Positions 1 through 10,028 of a stretch of 31,031 bases of DNA are shown here, piece by piece. The position numbers and the translations under genes are program-made. Within the stretch, counting starts at the first letter, position 1. Each line of letters begins with the position of its first letter. The notes below the pieces were generated by a model. It saw nothing but the letters and a program-made list of their open reading frames with translations. It ran no database searches and was not told the DNA's origin. The stretch comes from an uncultured Spirochaetia bacterium. Its GTDB lineage: Bacteria > Desulfobacterota_D > UBA1144 > Nemesobacterales > JAJCZQ01. The DNA lies in the NCBI GenBank assembly GCA_964622285.1, contig CAZUNK010000066.1, forward strand, positions 1 to 31,031. The letters are read 5' to 3'.

Positions 1-936
1 CTGCCTTTTCTGATCAGACATAAATGCATGTTCAGTTTTACCGGTAAACTGAAACATCCCGCGGTAAAAAGCATGGCGCTGCTTATAGTACCGCAGCTTT
101 TTGGAATAGCCGTTTACAATCTGAATATCGTTGTTAACACGCAGTTCGCCTCGTTCATGCCCAGCGGAACGGTCACTTTTTTATATCTTTCGGAAAGGCT
201 GATAGAGTTCCCTCTGGGGATCATAGCTGTTTCCATTGCCACTGTGATGCTGCCAAGGTTCTCCCAGAACATTGCAGATGGGGACATAAGCGCCTTCAGG
301 AGCGGCTACGCCTACTCACTGAGGTTAATGATGTTCATTATAGTTCCCTGCCTTTTTGGACTGATTGCCCTTAGAGTGCCGATCTGCTCGGTGCTTTTTG
401 AAAGAGGTGAGTTTGCAGGGGAAGAAGTGATAGCAACCGCGCATGCTCTTCTGGGATATTCGGTGGGTTTATGGGCCGTTGGCGGGCTCAGGATCACGGT
501 GCCGGCGTTCTACGCTCTCAGAGATACTAAAACACCAGTTGTGGTAGCGTTCATTGCATTTGTTACAAACGCAGCTCTGGGCTACGTTCTGGGACTTTAT
601 TTTTCTCTTAATCAGTTTGGACTGGCTCTGGCAAGTTCCATTTCTGCGGCTGTGAATTTTCTCCTGCTGATATATATTCTTAACAAGCGTACAAAAAATC
701 TGGTTTCTTACGGGTCTTTGGATTTTATTATGAAAACGGTTGCTTTTTCGGTAATAATGGGCTCTGTAGCGTGGAAGGCATCTCAGTACGTAAACTGGAC
801 TGATAACGACATACATTTAAATGTTCTGTTCTTGGTACTTATCATTTTACTGTCGCTTGCGGTCTATTTTGGATTATCAAGAATGTTTAATCTCAGGGAA
901 CTGAATGATTTAAAGGGGATTATCCGCAGAAAGTGA
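1..936 (+). CDS. murJ: Lipid II flippase MurJ/MviN, 5'-truncated by the window edge
   Basis: Frame is open from base 1 (LPFLIRHKCMFSF...). Motifs LYLSERLIEFPLGI and FYALRDTKTPV, with many hydrophobic TM segments. Confidence 0.93.
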   Translation: MPFLIRHKCMFSFTGKLKHPAVKSMALLIVPQLFGIAVYNLNIVVNTQFASFMPSGTVTFLYLSERLIEFPLGIIAVSIATVMLPRFSQNIADGDISAFRSGYAYSLRLMMFIIVPCLFGLIALRVPICSVLFERGEFAGEEVIATAHALLGYSVGLWAVGGLRITVPAFYALRDTKTPVVVAFIAFVTNAALGYVLGLYFSLNQFGLALASSISAAVNFLLLIYILNKRTKNLVSYGSLDFIMKTVAFSVIMGSVAWKASQYVNWTDNDIHLNVLFLVLIILLSLAVYFGLSRMFNLRELNDLKGIIRRK

Positions 937-1069
937 TAAGGTGGTAGTTGTTACTGAATTAAAATAGGGAATTATACGGATAGCTTGATAAGTTAAAGAA
1001 TTGTTCATTTACGGGATTATTCAGTTAAAGTGAGTAAAGGCAATCCAGCATATAGGATGTGAGCGTCTG

Positions 1070-2410
1070 ATGTATAGAAAAAATAAGGTCATGAAGACTA
1101 AAGGACTTTTTTTAGGAATTATACTGTGCGGTTTTTCTGTAGCATGCGGTGGTGGGGATGGAGCAGGGACGCCAGCAATTTTCCAAGCCCCCTTAGCAGG
1201 TACGGCACTATCCTTTGGTACAGAGACGATAGATGAACAGGTTTACATCGAGGGAATAACAAAAGGTCCAGTGATCCTGCCGGAGGCAACTGGCGTAGAG
1301 GGGGACCTGACTTACAGCTTAGCACCTCTGCCGGATGGGTTAATATTTGACAGTGGAACACGGGTTCTGAGTGGTTTTCCTACAGTTTTGGGCAGCACAG
1401 GCGTAACTTATACAGCAACGGATGTAAGTGGGAAGACAGCAGAGCTCACGTTCAACATGATCTACAGAATGCCACAGACCAAAAGCATCTGCAGCCGCAC
1501 GCAGCAGGTGGAAGACGCTATTCTTGCTGAAATACATAAAACAGATAATACAGTTACCTGCGATGCCGTTAACGAACTGCTTCTTGCGGGCATTATTGCA
1601 CTGAACCTGTCCGAACAGGGCATTACCTCTCTGCAGGCGGATGACTTTGATGATCTTGCAGGTCTCAGAATATGGCTACGACTGAGAGGCAACGACCTGA
1701 CGACCCTGCCTGAAGATGTGTTTGAGGGGCTTTCAAACCTCGGTTACCTGGATCTGAGTAGCAATATGATAACGACCTTGCCTGAAGACCTGTTTGACGG
1801 GCTTTCAAGTCTCACGCGGCTGGAGCTTACTAACAATGATCTGACGACCCTGTCTGAAGATGTGTTTGAGGGACTATCAAGTCTCAGGACCTTGCATCTG
1901 GCTAACAATGATCTGACGGTCTTGCCTGAGGATGTGTTTGAGGGGTTATCAGGTCTCAGTAACCTGTTTGTGCGTAATAACGATCTGACGGTCCTGCCTG
2001 AAGATGTGTTTGAGGGGCTTTCAGATCTCTACTGGCTGGATCTGGGTAGCAATATGATAACGGTCCTGCCTGAAGACGTGTTTGACGAACTTTCAAACCT
2101 TGGTCGGCTGCATATGAGCGGCAATATGATAACGACCCTGTCTAAAGATGTGTTTGAGGGACTTACCGGTCTTACGGAACTGTATATGAGTAACAATGAT
2201 CTGACGGCCTTGCCTGAAAATGTTTTTGATGAACTTACCGGTCTTACGCACCTGCGTCTGAGTAACAACGACTTAACGGCCCTGCCTGAAGATGTGTTTG
2301 ACGGGCTTTCATTACTTTTTGGACTGGAACTTGACGGTAACACCAACCTTATATCACTGCCTGCAATTTGTGATGAAGAGACGGTAACGTGCGTGCCATC
2401 AAGTCTCTGA
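1070..2410 (+). CDS. Probable lipoprotein: signal peptide, putative Ig-like domain, Cys-containing cap, then ~10 typical-class leucine-rich repeats
   Basis: Basic N-terminus, hydrophobic stretch, imperfect lipobox SVAC followed by GGGDG. Ig-like segment LTYSLAPLPDGLIFDSGTRVLSGFPT...YTATD. Repeats fit LxxLxLxxNxLxxLPxxxFxxL. Start may be the second ATG at 1091. Confidence 0.88.
   Translation: MYRKNKVMKTKGLFLGIILCGFSVACGGGDGAGTPAIFQAPLAGTALSFGTETIDEQVYIEGITKGPVILPEATGVEGDLTYSLAPLPDGLIFDSGTRVLSGFPTVLGSTGVTYTATDVSGKTAELTFNMIYRMPQTKSICSRTQQVEDAILAEIHKTDNTVTCDAVNELLLAGIIALNLSEQGITSLQADDFDDLAGLRIWLRLRGNDLTTLPEDVFEGLSNLGYLDLSSNMITTLPEDLFDGLSSLTRLELTNNDLTTLSEDVFEGLSSLRTLHLANNDLTVLPEDVFEGLSGLSNLFVRNNDLTVLPEDVFEGLSDLYWLDLGSNMITVLPEDVFDELSNLGRLHMSGNMITTLSKDVFEGLTGLTELYMSNNDLTALPENVFDELTGLTHLRLSNNDLTALPEDVFDGLSLLFGLELDGNTNLISLPAICDEETVTCVPSSL
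1697..2344 (+). repeat. Nine tandem 72-bp units encoding 24-aa LRRs, plus a degenerate unit just upstream
   Basis: Units start at 1697, 1769, 1841, 1913, 1985, 2057, 2129, 2201 and 2273. Shared core resembles CTGACGACCCTGCCTGAAGATGTGTTTGAGGGGCTTTCA. Confidence 0.95.
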
Positions 2411-2541
2411 TGATAGATGTGGCAAGGTGAAATTGAGTCTCATGGGCAAAACCGGTTTTAATCAAGCTCTTATGAGAAATAAGTTTAAGAAGATAACAAT
2501 AACAAAGAAGAGAAGGAAAAGTAGATCAGGTCCTGTAAACT

Positions 2542-2564
2542 GAAAGGGATAGATCCCTTTCTTT
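2542..2564 (+). terminator. Probable intrinsic terminator after the LRR gene
   Basis: Perfect inverted repeat GAAAGGGA-TAGA-TCCCTTTC followed by TTT. Confidence 0.6.
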
Positions 2565-2572
2565 AAAAAACC

Positions 2573-3226
2573 ATGAAAAAAGCTGCTTTCTTAAGCGCCG
2601 TTCGTCTGGAAGAATTAGAAACTGAATATACAAAAATGCTGGAAGAAGATCCTGCGTCAGATTGTTTTGTGCATCTGTCACAGCTGCTGATGGCAAAAGG
2701 AAAAACAGACAATGCCCTGAAAGTGCTCACCAGAGGAGTTAAATACAATCAGGAAAATTTTACAGCAAGATACTTACTCGGAAAGATATATTTTGAACGG
2801 TGGAGCATTGATAAAGCCAGAAAGGAGCTGGAGATGGCAATAAAACTTGACCCTGGTAACCTTGATGCATCAACAACGCTGCTGCAGATATATTCAAGCG
2901 AGGGAAATTTCAAGTCAGCTCTGCATCTTGCAAGAAACCTGTGTTTCCGCCATCCTAATAACAAAGAGGTGAGAGCCCTTTTTGATCAGTTTAACGAAAG
3001 CTGCCCTGCTGCTGAAGATGAAAAACAAAGTTTTCGTTCATCCGTCTGCGTGGCGGAGAACGCAGATTCCCGGAGCAGTGACATTGCAACTGAAACACTT
3101 GCAAATTTATATTTTGATCAGGGGCATTATGACAGGGCGGCTCAAATGTTGGACGTGCTTTTGACGCAGGACCCATTTAATATGAAACTTGTACAGAAAA
3201 GGCAGGCAATAAGAAACCTAAAATAA
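2573..3226 (+). CDS. Tetratricopeptide-repeat protein
   Basis: TPR-like helices (ARYLLGKIYFERWSIDKARKELEMAIKLDPGN; TETLANLYFDQGHYDRA). Confidence 0.8.
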   Translation: MKKAAFLSAVRLEELETEYTKMLEEDPASDCFVHLSQLLMAKGKTDNALKVLTRGVKYNQENFTARYLLGKIYFERWSIDKARKELEMAIKLDPGNLDASTTLLQIYSSEGNFKSALHLARNLCFRHPNNKEVRALFDQFNESCPAAEDEKQSFRSSVCVAENADSRSSDIATETLANLYFDQGHYDRAAQMLDVLLTQDPFNMKLVQKRQAIRNLK

Positions 3227-3252
3227 TGTAAGTGACATAAGGGAGGAATGAA

Positions 3253-3729
3253 TTGAAAATATTGATTGTAAATGGTCCGAATCTGAACATGCTTGGCAAA
3301 AGGGAAGTAGATGTTTATGGCAAGATCAATCTGGATGATATAAACAAGCTGTTAACTGATGAGTGCAAAAAGATTGATAAAAACATCAGCCTGGAATTCT
3401 TTCAGTCAAATTCAGAAGGGGAAATAGTAAGCCGCATCCAGGGCGCCTTTGCTGAATTTGATGGAATACTGATCAATCCTGCTGCCTACACGCATACGAG
3501 CGTTGCAATCAGAGATGCACTGCTGTCCAGCGGACTTCCGGCGGTTGAGGTGCATATCTCCAATATTTTTAACAGAGAAAAATTTAGACACAGGTCCTTT
3601 ATGTCAGAGATCTGCGTTGGAGTGATCTCCGGATTTGGAGCGGACAGTTATCTGCTGGGAATCAGGGGACTGTATAATTTTATCCGCCGTTCCGGCAACA
3701 AAGGCAACCGTGACCTGGGTCGGGCTTAA
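3253..3729 (+). CDS. aroQ: Type II 3-dehydroquinate dehydratase
   Basis: NGPNLNMLGKRE, INPAAYTHTSVAIRDA and VEVHISN motifs. TTG start with GGGAGG SD. Confidence 0.96.
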   Translation: MKILIVNGPNLNMLGKREVDVYGKINLDDINKLLTDECKKIDKNISLEFFQSNSEGEIVSRIQGAFAEFDGILINPAAYTHTSVAIRDALLSSGLPAVEVHISNIFNREKFRHRSFMSEICVGVISGFGADSYLLGIRGLYNFIRRSGNKGNRDLGRA

Positions 3730-3825
3730 AAAGCTGAAGCGGCCAGGTTTTTTCCAATTCGATCCGCTGATCGGTCATCACACGGTATGTATGAGAACCT
3801 GCCCGTCTGAGGAGCTAAGGCGTTT

Positions 3826-5535
3826 ATGAAGAAAAACTGGTTTCTTGCAAAGGAAAATTTAAACCTCAGACAACGAATTGCTGAAAAACTTGATCTCCTG
3901 CCGGTTACCGCGCAGCTGCTGATCAATAGAGGAATTAAAGATGAGGTTGAGGCTGAAAGTTTTTTAAATCCCATGCTGTTTGATCTTCCTTCACCATTTC
4001 TGATGAAAGATATGGACGTTGCAACTGAGAGGCTTTACAAAGCGCTCAGCAGCGGTGAGAAGATCGCCATATATGGCGATTATGACGTTGACGGAGTAAC
4101 GTCCATCTCACTGTTTTACAGTTTTGCAAGTCAGCTTGGCATGAACGTTGTAACTTACAATCCGGACAGAATAAGCGAAGGGTACGGAGTTAATACAGAA
4201 GCAATCAAGCAGCTTGCCGATCAGGGAGTAACTCTGATCATTTCTGCTGATTGTGGCATAACGGCACATAATGAGGTTGAATTTGCCAAAGAACTTGGAG
4301 TTGACTTTATAATTACCGATCATCACCAGCCATCTGATACAGTTCCAGGCTCCGTAGCGGTACTGAACCCTAATCAGAAAGGCTGTAACTATCCTGCCGA
4401 AGAAATAACGGGCGTGGGCGTCGTTTTTAATCTTGTGATAGCTTTCAGGCGTTTTTTAAGGGATAAAGGCTTTTTTAAGAATGGAGAACCGAATCTGGGC
4501 GATTATCTGGACCTTGTTGCGCTGGGGACGGTTGCCGACTGTGCGCCGATTACCGACGTTAACAGGATCATGGTTAAAGAGGGAATTAAAAGGATACAGG
4601 ATTCCAGGAGACTGGGAATAAAGGCTTTAAAAGAGGTCAGCGGTTTAAGCGGTCCGGTGAATTCGTATGATCTGAGCTTTAAGCTTGGTCCCAGGATAAA
4701 TGCCGCCGGAAGGTTGCAGAGCGCAAAGCCGGCCATTGATCTTTTAACCACGGATGATCCCGGTATGGCAAAACGCCTTGCTGCGGACCTTGATAAAAAC
4801 AATAAAGATAGACAGAGCGTTGAAAAAACCGTACTTGATGAAGCGGTCGGAATGTACAGGGCAAATGAAAGTTTTAAAAAAAGCAGTTCAATTGTTTTAT
4901 CTTCAACCGACTGGCATCAGGGGGTGATCGGTATAGCGGCTTCAAGGCTGGTTGAGATGTACAGGAAACCGACTTTCTTAATTGCCGTTGATGACAGCGG
5001 GATAGGCAAAGGTTCAGGCAGGAGCATAGAAGGAGTGAACATCTATAAGATACTGTCGGAGATCGGGGATGTGTTTGAAAACTACGGCGGGCATGAGCAG
5101 GCAGCCGGAATATCTATAAAAAAAGAAAACATAGAGGAGTTCAGAGCTCTTTTTTCAAAAGCCGTTTCAAAGATCAAAGTAGCCCGGGAGAGGGCACTGA
5201 ACATAGATATGGAGCTTAAGCTGGAAATGATAGACCCTGCGCTGCTGAAAGAAATTCAGAGAATGGCTCCTTTTGGCGTTGGCAACCCGGAGCCTGTTTT
5301 TCTGGTCAGTTCCGTAAATATAAAGAAGCAGAAGTTGATCAAACAGCGACATCTCAACGTGCTGGTAAGCGACGGAAAGCGTTCTATGAAAGCAATGTGG
5401 TTTAACGCCGGTGATAAAATAAGCTCGGTCCAGGTGGCTGATGTTGTTTTTACTCCTAAAATAGATAAGTGGAACGGTGAAGAGTGGATCACGCTTTATA
5501 TTAAAGACGTTCTCCGGAGAGATAAAGACGGATAG
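3826..5535 (+). CDS. recJ: Single-stranded-DNA exonuclease RecJ
   Basis: DHH family motifs YGDYDVDG, ITDHH, LGTVAD, PRINAAGR, GSGRS and GGHEQAAG. Confidence 0.96.
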   Translation: MKKNWFLAKENLNLRQRIAEKLDLLPVTAQLLINRGIKDEVEAESFLNPMLFDLPSPFLMKDMDVATERLYKALSSGEKIAIYGDYDVDGVTSISLFYSFASQLGMNVVTYNPDRISEGYGVNTEAIKQLADQGVTLIISADCGITAHNEVEFAKELGVDFIITDHHQPSDTVPGSVAVLNPNQKGCNYPAEEITGVGVVFNLVIAFRRFLRDKGFFKNGEPNLGDYLDLVALGTVADCAPITDVNRIMVKEGIKRIQDSRRLGIKALKEVSGLSGPVNSYDLSFKLGPRINAAGRLQSAKPAIDLLTTDDPGMAKRLAADLDKNNKDRQSVEKTVLDEAVGMYRANESFKKSSSIVLSSTDWHQGVIGIAASRLVEMYRKPTFLIAVDDSGIGKGSGRSIEGVNIYKILSEIGDVFENYGGHEQAAGISIKKENIEEFRALFSKAVSKIKVARERALNIDMELKLEMIDPALLKEIQRMAPFGVGNPEPVFLVSSVNIKKQKLIKQRHLNVLVSDGKRSMKAMWFNAGDKISSVQVADVVFTPKIDKWNGEEWITLYIKDVLRRDKDG

Positions 5536-5599
5536 ATGTTTATGAAGAACTTTAGTTCTGTTATGATCTTACAGTTAAATTCCTTTTGAGAGGTCTCTA

Positions 5600-6361
5600 T
5601 TGTACCCCACGCTCATTCAGATAAGTTCCTTTGGCATCTCATCTTTTTTCGTAATGGTGATGGTGGCTTTTATTGTTGCTTACTATTTATGCGAGAAAGA
5701 TCTGATCAGACGTGGGGAGCCTGGAAGCATTGCCGATGTTCTGCTGCTCGCCAGTTTCGTAGGTGGACTGGTGGGCGCCAAGCTGCTTTTTTTATATCAG
5801 AACGTAACGTTTTCGGAACTGCTCCAGGACCCACTTCGCTATCTTCCATTTGGCTATACGTTTTTTGGTGGTTTTATTGGAGCCCTGGTCATGATCTATG
5901 CAGCGTCTTTATACAAAAGGATGAATTTCTGGTACCTGACCGACGTTTCGGCCGCTCCGGTGGTTATTGCTTATGGAATAGGAAGAATTGGATGCCTGCT
6001 CGTGGGGGATGATTACGGCGTACCAACGCAGCTGCCCTGGGCGATGTCTTTCCCGGACGGCGACCCTCCCACTTTAGAAAAGGTTCATCCGACGCAGATC
6101 TATGATTCAGTAAGTATGTTTATACTGTTTTACTTTCTGTGGAACATGAGGAAGAAAGCTTATGCTGCAGGATTTATTACTTCATTGACTTTTATTGTGC
6201 TTGGCGCGCAGAGGTTCTGTATGGAGTTTATAAGAAACACCACGCCGAGTTCCATTGATGGACTCTCCCAGGCACAGTTGATATCCTTATCCCTGATATG
6301 TGCAGGTATAGTAAAACTGTTACTGATATCATCAGGGAAATCTGAGAAGCAGGCAGGTTAG
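5600..6361 (+). CDS. lgt: Prolipoprotein diacylglyceryl transferase
   Basis: GRIGCLLVGDDYG and HPTQIY motifs, multiple TMs, TTG start. Confidence 0.9.
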   Translation: MYPTLIQISSFGISSFFVMVMVAFIVAYYLCEKDLIRRGEPGSIADVLLLASFVGGLVGAKLLFLYQNVTFSELLQDPLRYLPFGYTFFGGFIGALVMIYAASLYKRMNFWYLTDVSAAPVVIAYGIGRIGCLLVGDDYGVPTQLPWAMSFPDGDPPTLEKVHPTQIYDSVSMFILFYFLWNMRKKAYAAGFITSLTFIVLGAQRFCMEFIRNTTPSSIDGLSQAQLISLSLICAGIVKLLLISSGKSEKQAG

Positions 6362-6365
6362 GTAT

Positions 6366-7691
6366 TTGAAAATAATAATTATTGGCGCCGGACAGGTCGG
6401 GTCGTTTTTAGCAAGTGAGCTTTGCGACGATCATGACGTGGTGGTTATTGAAAGCGACAGAGAGAGATACTCAAAGTTAAGAGACAGCCTGGATCTGATG
6501 GCTGTTCATGACGAGGGAGGTAATCCAAAGGTTCTGCTGGAAGCCGGAATAAAGGACTCTGATGTGTTCCTTGCCGTAAGTGGCGACGACAGAGCCAATA
6601 TACTGTCTTCGCTGTTTGCCAGTTCTCTGGGTCTGCAAAGCGTGGTCTGCAGAATAAGGAACGAAGACTATGTGCAGTATACCAACCTTCTGGAAAATAA
6701 AAGAATACAGGTCGTTAATCCGAGTAAGATAATTGCCTCCAAGCTGTCTGATCTTATAAGTCATCCTTTTGCGTGGAAAACTGAGATATTCGGAGAGAAC
6801 AATGAAGCTGAACTGTTCAAGCTCAAGGTGGAAGAAGGTGCGGAGATCGCGGGAAAACGCCTCAACGAACTTGAACCTGCAAGTTCCTGGATATTTGTAG
6901 GCGTTTCAAGAGGAGGAAAGATCACAATTCCTTCAGGTGATACGAAGCTGGAGGCCGGAGACTACGTTTTTGCTCTGGGCGACCCGGAAGTTATGGAAAG
7001 ATTAAAAGGTCTTTTTAATTTAAAAATGGACAGTATACGTTCTGCAATAATATTAGGGGGCGGAAGACTTGGAAGGACCGTTGCGGCAACTCTGCTGAAA
7101 AAGAACATGAGCGTGAGAATAATAGAGAACGATACTGACAGGGCAAAGATGATTGCAAATGCCATTCCGGAAGTTACCGTTTTCAACGGTGACGCGACGG
7201 ACGCCGAATGCTTAAAGGAAGCCGGAGTTGAATCAACCGACTACCTGGCCGCTTTGACCGGCGATGATGAAAAAAACGTTTTAAGTGCTCTTCTTGCAAA
7301 AAATCTCGGTGTAAAGCAGACAACCGTGCTTTATACAAATCCGGATTATATAGATGTGCTTGAGGCAATTGGCGTTAACAGGGCGATAAGCGTAAGGCTT
7401 GTTATTGCAAATGAGATACTGAGCTTACTTCATATAGGAGGAGTGGCGCACATTACTCTGCTGGAGGAGGGAAGGGGCGAGGTGCTGGAGTTTGAAATTC
7501 AGGAAGGGTCGGAGGTCATAGGTAAAACGTTACAGGACATTGACTTTCCTAAAGAGTCCATAGTTGGCATCTGTATCAGGGATGGTGGGATAAAAATACC
7601 AAGGGGAGATTTTATTCCGCAGCTCAACGACCGTTTAGTCGTGTTCACGCTTTCCAGTGCCGTCAAAAAAGTGGAGCAGATATTTAAGTAG
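6366..7691 (+). CDS. trkA: Trk potassium uptake gating subunit (two RCK_N/RCK_C pairs)
   Basis: Two Rossmann motifs (IIGAGQVG, ILGGGRLG). The 441-aa length matches the duplicated architecture. TTG start. Confidence 0.92.
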   Translation: MKIIIIGAGQVGSFLASELCDDHDVVVIESDRERYSKLRDSLDLMAVHDEGGNPKVLLEAGIKDSDVFLAVSGDDRANILSSLFASSLGLQSVVCRIRNEDYVQYTNLLENKRIQVVNPSKIIASKLSDLISHPFAWKTEIFGENNEAELFKLKVEEGAEIAGKRLNELEPASSWIFVGVSRGGKITIPSGDTKLEAGDYVFALGDPEVMERLKGLFNLKMDSIRSAIILGGGRLGRTVAATLLKKNMSVRIIENDTDRAKMIANAIPEVTVFNGDATDAECLKEAGVESTDYLAALTGDDEKNVLSALLAKNLGVKQTTVLYTNPDYIDVLEAIGVNRAISVRLVIANEILSLLHIGGVAHITLLEEGRGEVLEFEIQEGSEVIGKTLQDIDFPKESIVGICIRDGGIKIPRGDFIPQLNDRLVVFTLSSAVKKVEQIFK

Positions 7692-7746
7692 TGGACAGGT
7701 TTCAGAAAGAAATAGGCCTCTTAAAACGGAAGGATAAATTCATCAG

Positions 7747-9018
7747 ATGAGAATACTGGTTATAGGAAGCGGCGGAAGAGAGCATGCTTTATGCTGGAAG
7801 ATCAAACAGAGCCCCCTGGTAACAGAGCTTTTTTGTGCCCCGGGAAACGCGGGAATCAGCAAAGATGCCACCTGCGTGGACATTCAGGCAACAGAGATTG
7901 AAAGGCTTTTACAGTTTGCAAAGAAAAACAACATAGACTTAACGGTGGTAGGGCCGGAAATACCTTTAACACTTGGACTTGCTGATGTTTTTGAAAAAGA
8001 AGGTCTGAAGGTCTTTGGTCCTTCAAAAGCTGCTGCTGAGCTTGAGGGAAGCAAGGTCTTTTCCAAAAACTTCATGAAAAGGCACGGGATCCCAACTGCG
8101 GAGTACAGGACCTTTACTGACAGTGAGGATGCCCTGGGATTTATCAGGACGATAAAGTTCCCGTTCGTTGTAAAGGCAGATGGACTTGCGGCAGGCAAGG
8201 GCGTGATCTTATGCAGCAGCGTCAGTGAAGGTGAGGACGCGGTAAGATCAATCATGTCTGACAGAGCGTTTGGAGATGCGGGTAAAAGTATCGTAGTAGA
8301 GGAATTTTTAACAGGGCAGGAAGCGTCCATATTTGTAATAACTGACGGAGAAAAATATTTACTGCTTGAACCTTCCCAGGACCACAAAGCCGCATATAAT
8401 GATGATAAAGGTCCAAATACAGGTGGAATGGGAGCGTACTGCCCGGCCCCGGTCGTTACAGACGCTTTGCTTAAGGTCATAGTATCCAAGATCGTGGAAC
8501 CGACGTTACAGGGGATGGCCGCTGAGAACAAAAGGTACAAAGGCGTTTTATATATAGGTTTGATGATAGACGGGGATGAAATAAAAGTACTTGAATACAA
8601 CTGCAGATTCGGGGATCCGGAAGCTCAGCCCATCCTGTTCAAAATGAAAACTGATATTGTCCCGGTCATGAACGAGGTAGCACAAGGCAGGCTCGCTCAC
8701 GAAAAGGTTGAGCATAAGGAAGGTACTGCTATCTGCGTTGTGATGGCCTCAAAGGGCTATCCCGGAAAATATGAAAAAGGAGTAAAGCTGAGTAAAATAG
8801 ACCTATTAAAAGAGAGCCGGGACGTTGCCGTGTTTCACGCGGGAACTAAACTTGAGAACGGCAGTATAGTTACAGACGGGGGCAGGGTGCTTGGTGTAGT
8901 CTGCACGGGTGATACAATAGAAAATGCGATTACAAGAGTTTATAAAGAGATCAGCGTTATAGATGATGGAACTTTGCACTACAGGACAGATATTGGAAAT
9001 AAAGCGATACCAGGCTGA
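7747..9018 (+). CDS. purD: Phosphoribosylamine-glycine ligase
   Basis: GSGGREHAL, KADGLAAGKGV, GPNTGGMGAY and RFGDPE motifs. Confidence 0.97.
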   Translation: MRILVIGSGGREHALCWKIKQSPLVTELFCAPGNAGISKDATCVDIQATEIERLLQFAKKNNIDLTVVGPEIPLTLGLADVFEKEGLKVFGPSKAAAELEGSKVFSKNFMKRHGIPTAEYRTFTDSEDALGFIRTIKFPFVVKADGLAAGKGVILCSSVSEGEDAVRSIMSDRAFGDAGKSIVVEEFLTGQEASIFVITDGEKYLLLEPSQDHKAAYNDDKGPNTGGMGAYCPAPVVTDALLKVIVSKIVEPTLQGMAAENKRYKGVLYIGLMIDGDEIKVLEYNCRFGDPEAQPILFKMKTDIVPVMNEVAQGRLAHEKVEHKEGTAICVVMASKGYPGKYEKGVKLSKIDLLKESRDVAVFHAGTKLENGSIVTDGGRVLGVVCTGDTIENAITRVYKEISVIDDGTLHYRTDIGNKAIPG

Positions 9019-9053
9019 CGTTTAGCCGTGGATTTTAATATTTGACAAAAATA

Positions 9054-9083
9054 TTGACAACGTTTGAATTATCAGCATACAAT
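9054..9083 (+). promoter_or_regulatory. Sigma70-type promoter of the rpsL operon
   Basis: TTGACA (9054-9059), 18-nt spacer, TACAAT (9078-9083). A second TTGACA lies at 9042 and SD GAGGAG at 9101. Confidence 0.7.
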
Positions 9084-9117
9084 AACCATTTGAATTTTTT
9101 GAGGAGTTAAAGTGTAA

Positions 9118-9489
9118 ATGCCTACTATAAGTCAGTTAGTAAGAGATGGCAGAAAGGTCATAAAGAAGAAAAGCAAATCTCCTGCGCTTCAGAACTGCCC
9201 TCAGAGAAGAGGTGTGTGCGTCAGGGTGTATACAACCACTCCTAAAAAGCCAAATTCTGCTCTGAGAAAAGTGGCCAGGATTCGGCTGACAAATGGTATT
9301 GAGGTTACAGGTTACATACCCGGCGAGGGACATTCCCTTCAGGAGCACTCCGTGGTACTTATAAGAGGAGGCAGGGTTAAGGACCTGCCGGGAGTTAGGT
9401 ATCATATAGTAAGAGGGACTTTAGACTCCACAGGAGTTGATGACAGGCGTAAAAGCCGTTCTAAATACGGCACTAAAAAACCCAAATAG
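9118..9489 (+). CDS. rpsL: 30S ribosomal protein S12
   Basis: [22 protein letters not shown] and [10 protein letters not shown]. Confidence 0.99.
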   Translation: MPTISQLVRDGRKVIKKKSKSPALQNCPQRRGVCVRVYTTTPKKPNSALRKVARIRLTNGIEVTGYIPGEGHSLQEHSVVLIRGGRVKDLPGVRYHIVRGTLDSTGVDDRRKSRSKYGTKKPK

Positions 9490-9493
9490 CTGA

Positions 9494-9979
<486 letters not shown>

Positions 9980-10028
9980 GAGCACGGCTAATAAACAGCC
10001 AATCCCGCTCAAAGGTTATTTAAGTTCA

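Noticed and set aside
1697-2344. LRR array as a CRISPR array or a DGR variable region
   Set aside because: Units are in-frame codon repeats with no cas genes. Variable codons change at third positions and non-adenine sites, and there is no reverse transcriptase or template repeat in the window.
7469-7476. KOPS-like GGGAAGGG octamer in trkA
   Set aside because: A single occurrence cannot show polarity, and the lineage's KOPS motif is unknown.
7884-8600. 238-aa ORF antisense to purD
   Set aside because: Shadow frame of a conserved gene, with S/P/T-rich composition and no motif.
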